Assembly (NCBI GenBank): GCA_904063045.1
Contig: CAJFCJ010000014.1
Span: 1,361,643-1,425,642, forward strand
Direction: 5' to 3'
DNA length: 64,000 nt
Source of the DNA: Dimorphilus gyrociliatus
Lineage: Eukaryota; Animalia; Annelida
Positions 48,555 through 61,358 of this stretch are shown here, one piece after another; the first letter of the stretch is position 1; every line of letters begins with the position of its first letter. The notes beneath the pieces were generated by a model. The model saw only the letters and a list, made by a program, of their open reading frames with translations, ran no database searches and was not told where the DNA came from. The position numbers and the translations under genes were made by a program.

Positions 48555-51329
48555 TTATTCATCAGAAGACTTTTCCGTTTTGGTTGATCCATCTGACGAT
48601 TGTAAGCCTCTCAAGTGTTCGGCGAAATCAGCTAAACCGTATCTTCTAGCAATGCGAAGGCCTTCAGCTAATAATGACTTTTGACCATCTCTGCTGGAAG
48701 TTGTTACCTCGGATTCAGCCTATAGAAATAATTTGATAAAACCTAATTTCGGTTTGATAGTTGCATCATAGACAAACATATAAATATAAAGAACAAACAA
48801 AATAGAAAACTGAATAGAACCGTGTGAAAAAAGTTAAAAAGATATTTTTATCTATTAGCATAATAACGTAAATGTCTAATGATTTTTACAACCGTTTATT
48901 TGAAAATTTCACCTTTTTTTTAGCTAAAGGAATAAGTTTTAGAATTTTTTTATTGATACATCGATATTTGTCTCTTTTAATCGCTTTGATCGCCGAATCT
49001 CCTCAGAGCGTCGTCTGACGATTTGCTTGATTTCAAAATTGGAGAAGTTAGCCTACTAAATCTGCCCAATCACGGTTCACATCTCATTGTCTTTTTTGTT
49101 TAAGTTTTTCGTTGACTGAATAAAAATTAAATAAACTCCTTTTTGTAAAATCATCATACATTTCTTTTGAACGTAATTAATTGGTAAATAATATTTCACA
49201 TTCTCTTTTAAATACTTATACCAACTTGTTGTATAGGATTTTCTTCAGTTTTGCATTTTTTTGGACAGGTTGGATCTTCATCTCCTGACGAACTACTGGA
49301 ATCCGATGAGGTCATAGTTACGCATATATCACCTGTCTTACAGGCATCTTTAACTACTCTCTTCGCTAGAGGAAATAAATCATCTCTTCTCGTTACAAGT
49401 GCTGGACGATGTTTGCATAACTGGGCCGCTGCTTCATTCGTAAGAACCTTTTAAATAATTAATAAGTATAAAAACGAGGTTAAGATAAAAAGGAAGCTAA
49501 TCAATAAAAATGTACACAATGCCACCAGTATACACAGAATATTAAGTATTTTTTTAAACCATATTTAAAGACTTCGTTTTTATGTCAAATAAAAAAAAAC
49601 ACGGAATTCGATAGAATTCTTATTCAGGCAAAAAATAAATGAATAATTTGTTGATATACCTGATATATTGTTAGACGGCTGTCGTTACGTTCCTCAGAAC
49701 TATTCGGAATATATATAGCTGAATGTCTTCTCAATAATGACATATATTCTGGATGTACTGACGGTAATCGTAAAACGTCCTATAAAATTGTTTATGTCCA
49801 ATTAATTTAAACACTTAAAAAATAGTATGCAACTTACTTCTAGTTCTTTTCCGAATGGTTTTTTCATTTGAATCATTTTAGGGGCAAACTGAGGTAATTT
49901 AGATGCCAAATTAGTAGCTGACCTTTCAATAGCAATAGCTTGTTCTGTTGATAATTCAATGGTACAACTTGTTTGACAAGTGTCATCACTCTCAGGATTC
50001 TGTATTAAGCATTACTAATTAATTAATTTTGCCGCTCAAATTTTCTCAGAACTCACGGAATCATTTGATTTCTCTTCATCTTTTATATTTTGGACGGGTG
50101 ATATCTGTATAAGGCGCTTATTACCGACAGATGGAACGGAGGGTATATAGGTTGAAGGTAGGCGAGATACAGTTGGACTACGATTAAAAGACGCCCATTC
50201 GTGAAGGGCTTTCTGTAATCTTCTGACATGTAATGGTTTACTAGCCATTCCGACAAGAGCCATTATTTCAAGGAATTCTTCCTCGCCTGCTTCAACAAGT
50301 TGACGAACATCGTCACCGCCTGAAATTAATTGATAAAATGTCAATAAACTAATATATTTCTAAATAAATAAAATTATATAATATATGCAATATATATAAA
50401 GATATAAAGTTTTTTTTAAGATCTTTGATTGCAACGTTTACTATGCAAACGAAAATAGCGACACCTATGGGGATACAAAAACTGCTTAGTTTTTATGAAA
50501 GAACTTCAAAGCTTTACAGAAAAAACGTTTTTGTAGTATTGTAGCAAAAGAATAACTCCTCTATCGGATATGAAACACCTTTATAATCTCTAATTAGTAA
50601 AATCAGGCGTGGTTTTTCTTTGCTAAATATTACTATTAATTTTGAAAAATAATTAACAAGTGCTTTTCGTCATAATTATTTCCCATCGAATTTTCTCTCC
50701 TAAAACATTCTAAGTAAAATATTGCGTTGCTATGGCATTTATGATTTTTTACTTTACAAAAAAAGTATATATAAATAAAAAAGAAATTCAAGCTGTTTAA
50801 CGGTTCTATTTTTGAAAAACTACGCCACCTGGGTGGAAAAGGTTTTTTTTATGCGTTTAGTTCGTCGTTCTTAACTATACTTTGAGTGTTTTAAGGGAAA
50901 TAATGATAATTTCAGTCTATCTATCAATTCGTGGAAGCAGCTTTCTTTTTCTTTGTTACTTATCACATTTTTTATAAAGTTTCATTCATTAAGTGTTCTT
51001 TTTTATTCATTTCTTTTTTATTAACACACCTTTAACATGAATAACTTGGGTTTTGTCAATAGGCGGTAACTTATATTTTGCGGTTTTATAGAATAACCTC
51101 TCAGCAGAGATGCTTATTTATTGTTTAAAATCTTTTGTTCATTACGTAATAGTTTCTTTCTAAATATCCTGTGTTGTTTTTATCAGTATTGCTAAATCTT
51201 TATTTGTATATTACATGCTTATATTTTAAACTTACCTTGAGAAATAAAGACATCGTAGTATGACAGTAGATTAGCTCTTTGAAGTATTTTGTACAATTGA
51301 AGTTCAGACGTTGTTTTGGGTTCGGACAT
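48555..51329 (-). CDS. NAB: NGFI-A-binding (NAB) transcriptional co-repressor
   Basis: NCD1: [25 protein letters not shown]..|[42 protein letters not shown]2: [23 protein letters not shown]. The last exon has [11 protein letters not shown] and stops at 48555. Intron 1 is 916 nt (50320-51235). Confidence 0.92.
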
Positions 51330-53892
51330 CTTTTCATACCAACGTTGCCTTTGCTGCGACTGAACTGATATCAAAAAGATACATACAAACTTTTTAATCC
51401 ACCTATAGTCGGGTACTGTGCTCCACTGCACTAGAATATGAATAATAATGTATACTAACCGCTAGTTGTTTGTCCAGTCTATACAAGCGTTTTCTTGTCG
51501 CAAAACTTCAAAGAAATCATAAAAAATGCTTAGGATTTACAAGAAAGTTATAAGTTGGCCAAGCGATAGTTTCATACTGTCTACGCCTGGGTAGTATCAC
51601 GTGACATACTGCCGCTACGTTCCAATTGGTATGTTATGTTCGAAGTAAAACCTACAAGCGTCTGTGCAAAAATGTGAAATTTATGAGGAAAAAGCATTCG
51701 GCTGCTTTATAAAACACGCTTTCTCTGCATCACTTTTTAAGTTCGTAAAACTTGCTTGTGTGGCAGGCTATATAAAAAGTATCTTTGTCGATCCCTTCCG
51801 TCGTTATATACTTACTTATTTATGTTTATATTTTATATTTTATCATTATTATTTATCATTAAATTTTTATAAAGTATTTTTAAAAGAAATTGATTTTATA
51901 GTAAAAAATTAAGTAAAACCTTCTTTTTATATTTTTTCCTTTCCGTTAAAAAGAACTTATAGAAAATTAAATTTCTTTCTTTGTTTTTTGGATATTCGAA
52001 GAAAAGCTGAAAGAATTTACCAAAAGTATTATTCATTCCATGTCATAATCTCTGAAATCCTTTATATGATTTGTTCGACAGATTTTATGATAATAGTAAT
52101 TTAATATTCTAAACACCTCTACTGTGTCCCTCAACTCTTTTACTTGGTTTAAAAAGAAAAAAAAAAGAAAGAAAAAAAGAACCCAGATCACGTGACTTAT
52201 ATAAAAACCTTCTACCAAACGTAATAAACTGTTTTAAAAAAAGCTATATTCTAATTAACTTATCTGTTAAAGTGATGATATTGTAATTACGTAGATGTAA
52301 AAATTTCTAGTAAAAATATTAAACTAAAAAAATTCTCAAGCGACAAGAAATTCATAGAACATTCTTTGCCGCCATAACAGGTTTTTTTTATGTTTTCTTT
52401 TTTTTTGGAAAATTATCTTTCTGCCATATTGATTTCAATTCTTTTTTGTCGATAAAAAAAACACACACAGTTCTTGGGACTATACGCTTCGATAATTGAC
52501 ACAAGGGTAATATAAAAAGAACTAGCTATCAATTAATTATTAATATGAAATGAACTCCAAAAGTGTAGAAACAGTTTTTTATGGGTACCTTTTTTTATAC
52601 CAATTTTTTATATGTATATCCGATCGAAGAGTCAATTCTATTCAGTTTTCCTAATATTAATACTAATAATAAAACCGTCTGTTTACTATCAAATTATCCT
52701 TTTTCTGAATATCGTACCTTTTATAAGATACATTGGTTTTTAATGACGAACTACAAATCACAAGTTTCGAAAGACAAGTGATTTATTACATTACCCCTCA
52801 AAAAAATAGGTGGAAATGCTACGGTTTTTGAACTTATAGGCAATAAATCTTAATTTATTCCTTTAAGTATTTTGAGACATGTGCGCTTTCGAACTTTTTA
52901 AGATACCAAAATAGAAAAGATGAACAATTATCTATTCCTTTCAAGGATACCCAAAAGGTGGCGCCTTGTGATATATATTTTCAAACAGTGTTTTAAGTCC
53001 TTTGAAGAAAGAAAACTTCTTAAATAAAAAGTATAATTATTTTGCTACTGTTTTAAAGTTCGATTTATTTTATTCTTATTTCTATATAAACTAGTAAAAA
53101 TGGCAACGACTGATATACGAAAAAATAAATTAACTATATTTGATAGTTTGTTAATTTTTGTTTTTTTGATTACCTTCTTAAAGTAGTGTCATATGAGTTA
53201 TTCAAATTTCCATTTTAATAATTCCCTAATGATAAAAATTTTTCAATGGCGCCAAAAAAATAAGGGTCCAGCTAAATTCGATTTATATTTGTTAAAATGT
53301 AGTAAATATTAAGTGAGATATAATTACATTATTAAAAAATTTAAAATACTGCCTTTTATATTGTTTTTAAGCTGTAAAAAGTTCGAAATTGTTATATTTT
53401 GAGAAATTCTTACATTATCGCTCACCTTTACCAACCTAGTTTTAGCGATAGCCATTGGACAGAGGATACATCTTACCCTTACCAAACCGGTGAATTAACA
53501 TTAATTCTCTATATAATTTGAGCTTCTTTCATAATAGTTACATTTAAGCTAAATAATGTTTGATTACAAATACCTAACAATTGATAGGATAGACGTAATA
53601 GCCTTGTTGAACCTTTTTCTGTGGAGAACTTTTGAATCGTTAATTTTTTTCAATATCGAACGGTGCCATGTAGTTTTTTTTATTTATTATCTGATAAATT
53701 AATGTGGTTGTTTTACATATAATTGAAATAAATCAAATTTTTAAACAAAAAATCAAAATTTACTGTTCTGAAATCTTTTAAAAACCTAATATTTGAGTAT
53801 TATTATTAGAACGTCAAACAGGAAATCCTAGTCTGTCTAATTTGCTATATATCTAAACGATTAAAATACTTTCTTTACTTTAGACTTCTATA

Positions 53893-55686
53893 ATGAAAAG
53901 GAACGAAAAGGATAACAAGAAATTTGAGCTTGAAAAATATCAAGCAATTTTGATGGACCTACTGAGAAGTGATGATAATAATTTTTGCATTGATTGCAAT
54001 AGTAAAGGTTATTATAATATATTTGTTAATAATAATTTAGTTTAAAGTATTTCATTTTTTCTACTAATAGGACCACGTTGGACATCTTGGAATTTAGGAA
54101 TATTCTTGTGTATACGATGCGCTGGGATTCATAGGAAATTAGGAGTTCATATATCTAAAGTGCGATCAGTAAATTTGGATTCATGGAACGCAGAGCAAAT
54201 TGCGGTAAATAATTAAATAAAAAATATGTAAATTAATTACTACATTTATATCTAATAAAATAGATGATGCAAGAAATAGGAAATAGTAGGGGAAGGGCTA
54301 TATATGAAGCAAACCTTCCCGATTCATTTGCAAGACCTCAGACAGACTCGTGAGTGATGAGTTACTTTAACTGTCTGTATCATATTACTAAGCCAATTTT
54401 ATCGGATATTTTTAGATCTTTGGAAGAATTTATTAGAAATAAATATGAACACAAGAAATACATAGCTAAAGAATGGTGTCCTCAAAAACCAAAAGTGAAG
54501 GTATATTATATATTTAAACTATTAAGGTGAATGTAAAACAGTTATCTAATTTTTCATTATTTTTTAAAGCCAACAACATGTTCTCAAAAAGAGAAATGTG
54601 GTAAGAAGAAAAAGACTAAAGCTCGATCTGATGACCGTGTAGTTGACGTAAATTTCAAATTTTATATCAATATAATAATAGAATTTGCTCTATGCAGACA
54701 ACTACAAAGTCCCAATTAAATGATAAAAATGAGAAAACAAAACAGGATGATAAAAATAAATGTGAAATAAAAGAGTCACAAAGTCAATCAGCTTTGGTAG
54801 ACTTATTAAGCCTTGGTATACCAATTTACATACAGAATATTAAGGAGATTTAATGTGATAAATAAATTCACTTTCTATAGACGATTTTTCTAAAACTCCT
54901 CAAACTAATAACGATTTGACTGATCTTTTGGGAGATTCAACGACAAGTGATAAAAATTCCAAATCATCTTCACCATCTGGTTAGAATCTTTAAATAAAAC
55001 TAAATACATTAAACAAATTATTGAAATTAAATTTTTTTACAAAAGGTATACCAAGCGATCTATTAAATATTCAGGAAGAAGCAAACAAGAGTAAATTGAG
55101 TACTAAGGATATAATGGCATTATATGGTTCAAAAAACCATTCGTCTTTTGGTATTTAAAAAACTAATAAAATAATTTAGCAAATGCTAATTATATTTTTT
55201 TCTTATTTATTGAAAATTAATGAAATTTCAGCAACAACTGGTAATAATTCTACAAATCACGCTAATAATTATAACTCGGGGTTTTACGTTCAACAACAAC
55301 AGCAACTATCCAATACTTTCCCCAATCAGGTTAAATCTTGTTCATAATAGCTTTTATTCGCTAATTTTGATAATTATTCTGTCTAATTTCATGTTTCATA
55401 CTTTTCATATAGATACAGAATACGACATCGATTTATGGATTTCAAAAAAATAATTTGAACAATTCTCCGAATTTCTCAATCATTCAGGTAAATGTTTTTT
55501 TTTGATAAGAGAAATTATTGTTTTAAACAGATTAGAACAAATGTTTATGAAATTTTTGTTTTTCCTAAGGCACAAAATGGAATGACAACCTTGAACATAT
55601 CTCAACAGATGTCCCATAACGAACAAAGTAACCTTCAATCCGAACCGTCTGCTGGACAAACTTTATCGGAAAAATTGTGGAGATAA
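53893..55686 (+). CDS. SMAP: Stromal membrane-associated protein (SMAP1/2) ArfGAP
   Basis: Short exons missed by the ORF track: CIDCNSKG|[72 protein letters not shown]. The C-terminus QTLSEKLWR* is typical of SMAP. Confidence 0.9.
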
Positions 55687-57195
55687 CGATTTCTATATGT
55701 AGCTTAATTTGAGGAATCTCTGAATATAATTAGGAAAATAACGATAGTTTAAGAAATAAATACTTGATTTTTCAATTTTTTTTTCTTTAAAACGTGTATT
55801 TCATGGTTTTTTCCTCTGCTTTAGAGAAGTTGCGTGGGACGTTTTGTATAATTTCATGTGTATTTTCTGTCTCTATTGAAGTATACTATATGTATTAAAT
55901 ATTTAAATAACCATCATCTTATTTATTCAATTTTTGTCAATGGTCATTTTGCTTGAATAAGTTATATTTATTAATCAGTGCATTTCCTTTAAAAAAATAA
56001 AAACATACAAAACAGAAAATTTCTTTTCTTATCTGAAAGTGCTAAATAAAAAAGTTGGAAACTGCTTGTCTTGTCTGAAAAGCTATAGTTAGATAATAAA
56101 AAAAAACAACTGTTAGAATCTGAACTAATTAGATCAAAGTAAAAGTAACGTCTGAAAAGTGCGTTATATAGGTTGAAATAGTATAGGAGACTAAGCTGTA
56201 TATTTATTTATGTGTATTTTTTTTTTAATTCAGTTTGATTCGCGCCACCTATGAGTTAGATATCATTTGGTATTCAAGAATAGTGAAATCTTTTTAGCAA
56301 GGTATTGTTTCAGATAGCATTTTTTAACATATAATATTATATAGATCTATCTATATATTGTATAATTATGTGTATATTTACTGTATATTACCAGAAGAGA
56401 AGTGTATTTATATATATATATATATTTATGTAATTGTAATATAAATTAATCTACAGTATAAACATACTTTATATATTAAGTATATATTTTAAAGGTGTTT
56501 ACAACTGTCTATGTAATTCTACTCATCGAAGGGATATATTTATATATTATAATATACATAAGCTCATTATGAAATTAATTAAAGAACTCTTGCTCAATCT
56601 CATTAATATATGTAAATATGTTTATATACTGTATACTTGTATATAAGTTATTATATGTATACCAACAAAACTAATGGTATATGTCTAATATTTTCAGTTT
56701 CAACATAACTGCTTTAAATTTGAATTAGAAGAAGTCGCAGGAATATCATTAACTAACAAGTCTTTATTAACTACATTGACAGTTTAATCTAATATAATTT
56801 AAAGGAAAATACGATTTAAAGTAAGTCGAAAAGCTATTTTGTTTATAGTTATGTTCCTGAAATCTGTTTATTAATCTTTGTAAGAATTAAAAAGTGTGTA
56901 GGAAGACGTACAAGGCAAAAACTTACAGTATTATTACAGTAATTATTATTTTAAGTCGTTAAATTAAAATTTGAATAATGTAAACAAACTGAATAGGAGA
57001 CGATCTTATACACGATATATATATATATTAATATGATAATCTATTGAATTTACTTTCTAACCTCTTGAATACTTTCAATTTACTCAATTTTTTTGCCATA
57101 CTAAAAAGTATAAAACATTTAACAGACCTATTTGTTACTTGGAATAAATAGCACTCTCCCGAAGTGATATTGACATATAATTACTTTTTATTTAG

Positions 57196-58544
57196 ACCAA
57201 AACGAAGGAATGGACAGAGTATTTAAACTTCAGTTGAATTGTAGAATAAAGGTAAAACTGCAAAAAGTTCTTTATCACCTTCAAAGAACTTTAATGGAAT
57301 TTGCTGATATCTTATTAACATTACAAGTTGGCAATCAGCATCTAATAGAGGTTAATGATATTTTGTTGGAAGTTTGGATGCCAGCTCTACCTATTGTTGG
57401 TCGAGTATCTATTTATAGATCTGACGATTATGAAGTTACTAAGGAACTAGATATCTTGGCTAATGTGGATAGATTGATTGCGTGGATTATTGAAAGATTA
57501 TTAACTAATGATATAAATCTTAAAGAAAAGAATCAATTGTCGTTAATACTAATTAAACTATGGAGAATTATCCTAAAATTTGTGGATCGTTTAGAATCTA
57601 TAGAACTTTTATCGATAAGGAAGAGAGAGTTGGATACAATACTGTTAAGTCATTGGAAGACTATATCAAACTTTGTCAGTAGAGTAACAGTACTGGAACT
57701 TGATTCGAGCGATATGGCCGAATTACACAAGATCTTATTCTGTCTCAGAAAGATTATTTCATGCGAGATGGATAAAGTTGAATTAATTGAATTAACTAAA
57801 TATCAGAGAGGAGAAGTTCAAAAGATTCTTCTTTACCTCCGATGGATTGCTTCGTGGTTAGCGTGGACTTTAAGTGGATTTCAATATAAAGATCCATCTG
57901 ATAAACAGGTAATAGATAATACTTTAGATTTCTTCTCAAAAATTGTTTCCTGGTTGGCTGAACATGAGCCGATTTTGGAACGGACTCTATATAATAAACG
58001 AGAATTACAAACTGTGCTATTGATCCTCCAACACAAAGTATCGCATGTAATGGATATTTTACCAAAATTGAAAATAAAAAGGAAGAAGAAGATAAATAAG
58101 AGTTTATTGAATGTATGGGAAACTGTTTATAACCTAGTAGATGAAATACCAATTTTCAAATTGAAAACTCTTAGGGTGGAACGTATAAGGTCAAAATTGA
58201 TTCATTTTAGCGAAAATTTTGATTTTAATTCAATTGAAACGGTTACAGATTGGAAACAAACACAAAGCTCTACATCAAAAATTAACAATAACAATGTTAA
58301 TAATACAACTAATACTACTTTTGCTAAAAATTCAACTAAACCTTCAACTACCGATATACCCACTACTACTACTACTACTACTACTACAAACAATACGATA
58401 GCTAGGACAAACACTACAACTATCACAACTGTAAACAATACTGATGGGCAATCATTATTATATTTTTTTGAACTGTTTCAAATGTTACAATTTCGAGATA
58501 TTTACAAAAGGTTCCTTATTTCGTTTTGGACCAGTTTATTTTGA
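57196..58544 (+). CDS. Orphan protein with ~31-aa amphipathic repeats and a Thr/Asn-rich mucin-like tail; 5' end unresolved
   Basis: A 444-aa open frame is preceded in frame by an acceptor (tttag|ac caa aac, phase 1). Periodic ELxxILxxxWxxI...LxxLEL units are followed by a Thr-rich segment with many N-x-T sequons. Confidence 0.6.
58362..58387 (+). repeat. (ACT)n trinucleotide repeat encoding poly-Thr
   Basis: About eight tandem ACT units inside the ORF. Confidence 0.9.
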
Positions 58545-59581
58545 AATGTTTTCTTTTTTTTTATTTGTAAGAAGTTGTCAAAAGGTTTTTTTTCTGTTTT
58601 TTTTTTCTTTTTTCCTCCGAAGCATCTTCTTTACATAAAAAAAGAGAAAAAAAAACACCAAAATAGGCAAAAAACAAGAAAAAAAAGTATTATAAAAGAA
58701 GTATTTATGCTTTAAAAAAAAAAAACAAAGAATTGAATGTAAATTAATGTAATTCCTTTTTTAGTTTATTTTTTTCCCGCCATTGTAAACGAGTTCTTTA
58801 GTATCTTTTCTTTCTTTAATTTCTACAAAAAGGATACATTTTGATCTGTTTATGTTTTATATTTTATGCAAAAGTTTAGTTTTTTTCATCAATTTAAGTT
58901 CATTTTCAACTCTTTGTTGATATTTTGTTTACGTATTTAGTTTCCTTTTGCTTTTTTATATTTTGTTCTTTTTTTTTCTAATTTTTCACTCATTCTCACC
59001 ATTGTTCCTTACAATTATCTACCTCTGTCCCTTTTTTCCGACAAATTCCTTTCCTCTTCCCCTCCCCGTTTCCCACTCCTCCCTTCCCTCCTTTTTCAAA
59101 ACTTATTGGTTTTAAAGAGAAAAAAAGTGAACTATATGTAAATAACATTTTATTGTAAGAGTAACAATGGTCTGATTATTTTAAGTTGCTTTAATACAGA
59201 TATTTTAAGATGACATAAAGTCAGTAATTACTAATTTTTGTACACTGTTTAACTATACATATACAGTACATCTTAAAAAAAGGACGATAATATAGTAATG
59301 TTCTTTTTCTCCTCCTTCCGTTTCTTAGTCTTATCTAAAGCTATATTCCTTTTGTATCAATAGAACTTGAATATGAAAAGAAAAGAGATAAATATAATAA
59401 AAATTAGCTAAAATATTATTAATATGTTATTATTAATATTATTTCAATTCTATTTTTTATTCGTAAAAAGAGTTCTTGCGTAGTGCAAAAAATATACATG
59501 TAAGAAAATGGAAATCAATTGAGTTACAGCTGTTGTTAAACGAAATCGCTTTGTGCGACTAGAATTGCTAGGTTGTCGAGA

Positions 59582-60574
59582 ATGTTCAAGTTAATTATAA
59601 TTGTTCCCGTTTGTTTGTTAGTTCTATCAGTTTCTTCAAGTCCACCAATTGAATCCCGTAGGAATTCAACTCCGAATATTCAAACTACTCATGAGGTTAT
59701 CCAAACAACTAAAGAATCGATGAAGGAAACTATTTTAAATAGTACAGTTTCTATGAAATCTACAAACTCCACCAACGCGAAAGAACCAATTACTGTTAAA
59801 GGAACAACTGTCAAAGCAACTATCGTAACTGAAAGCGGAGATGTAAAATCAACTCCTTCTACTATTCGTCAACCACCAAAGAAGTTACCATCAAATTCTA
59901 CATTGTCACCAACACCAACGACGACAAAACGAACAGAATTACCTGCAGTAGATTCAGCGAATAAGTCAGAGTCTCTTAAGCCATCGCTAACAGCTCCAAG
60001 ACTGTCTACAAAAAGTACTCCAACCACTGAATCTGAAAACTCAACATCAGAGAATGTTCAGACGAGATCAAGTATACCTTCGAACAAGCAAAATTTTACC
60101 ACACCTTTACCTGAAGTCAAGGTAAACAATGGTACCTTAGCATCAACAATCCCAACAACTTTAACAGCTTCATCAGCTTCATCAACTTCAACAGCTTCAA
60201 CTACTTCAATAGATTCAACAGCTTCAACGGCTTCAGCGACGAAAAACGACCTGCAAGACGGTAAATAAACCATTTAATTAATTAATATATACTGTATAAA
60301 TGTGTATGTATGTTTTACAGATCACTATAAAAAAGTGACTCCTTTACAAGAAGTACCACTAGCAAATCAATCAGACATAGCAGTAAAAGCTAGCGAAGCC
60401 AGTGATAAACTTACTAAAGGGACTCTTATTGCTCTAGTATCGTCCCTAACGTTTGGATTAATTTTCATAATAATTGTTGTGATTGTTGTTGGCAAAAGAG
60501 TATACGAAGGCTACAAGAGACGCCACTACACTCAAATTGACTACCTGGTTGACGGCAATTATAAACAAAAGTAA
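59582..60574 (+). CDS. Mucin-like type I membrane protein with a MANSC1/C11orf24-like cytoplasmic tail
   Basis: Signal MFKLIIIVPVCLLVLSVSS, an S/T/P-rich ectodomain, a phase-1 intron (GAC G|gtaaat..acag|AT), TM LIALVSSLTFGLIFIIIVVIVVG, and tail EGYKRRHYTQIDYLVDGNY resembling the (R/K)xYxxxDYLxxG motif. Confidence 0.75.
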
Positions 60575-61358
60575 AATATACTTTCATGTTTTGTGTTATG
60601 TAGAGGTTATTTTTTAAAGTATGTTCTTTTTATATATGAATCAATGTGTTTACCATCTGGCTTTATATCTTAAAAAATTCCATAAAACACAAAAATGGCC
60701 TTTTTTTCTTAGTCATAAGCAAAATACTAATAACTAAGAAAAGCCGTTTAATCGTCCAATTTTAATTAAATATTTCCAATTCTCTTATGATTTTACTACT
60801 TCTTTTTTTTTGAGTTTGTATATATATTATATATATATACATACATTAATACATTCACATATTAAATATTTACCAAGAACAATAAAAAAGAAGAAAAGTC
60901 ATCAGATGGAGACTTCTCTACTGTTCTTTTTGTGTTTTTTTATTATTATTAAAGATATTAAGATAAATAGTCATACGGAACTTGTAATCAATTTTCATTT
61001 GCTACTCTTACAGAAGGAGATCCATCACTCTTATATATTTTTAATTAAATAATATCATAATATAAATATAATATAATTTTGTTCTCCTCTACTTCCTTAA
61101 CTGAAAAATTCATTATTAATAAATTTGATAGGTCAATGTCTATCAATTTTCATTTCTTTGAGTAGTTTATTTTTAGTCTTTTTGTGCTTAAATTAAACTG
61201 AAGCAGATTTGAATTTTCTAAAATTTGCCAGGGAACCACACATGTCAACGGAAACGGAAATATAAGAAAAAAAGTTGCGACTTATTTGGCAAACTTCCGG
61301 CCTCTGCTTAGCACATTGTTCATTCATTTCGTGCGCGTGTTCGCTATTAACTTATACA

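Noticed and set aside
56400-57195. Candidate upstream exons for the helical-repeat gene (e.g. near 56698-56782 and 56849-56879)
   Set aside because: I could not build a phase-consistent chain from an ATG to the phase-1 acceptor at 57195, so they are left unannotated.
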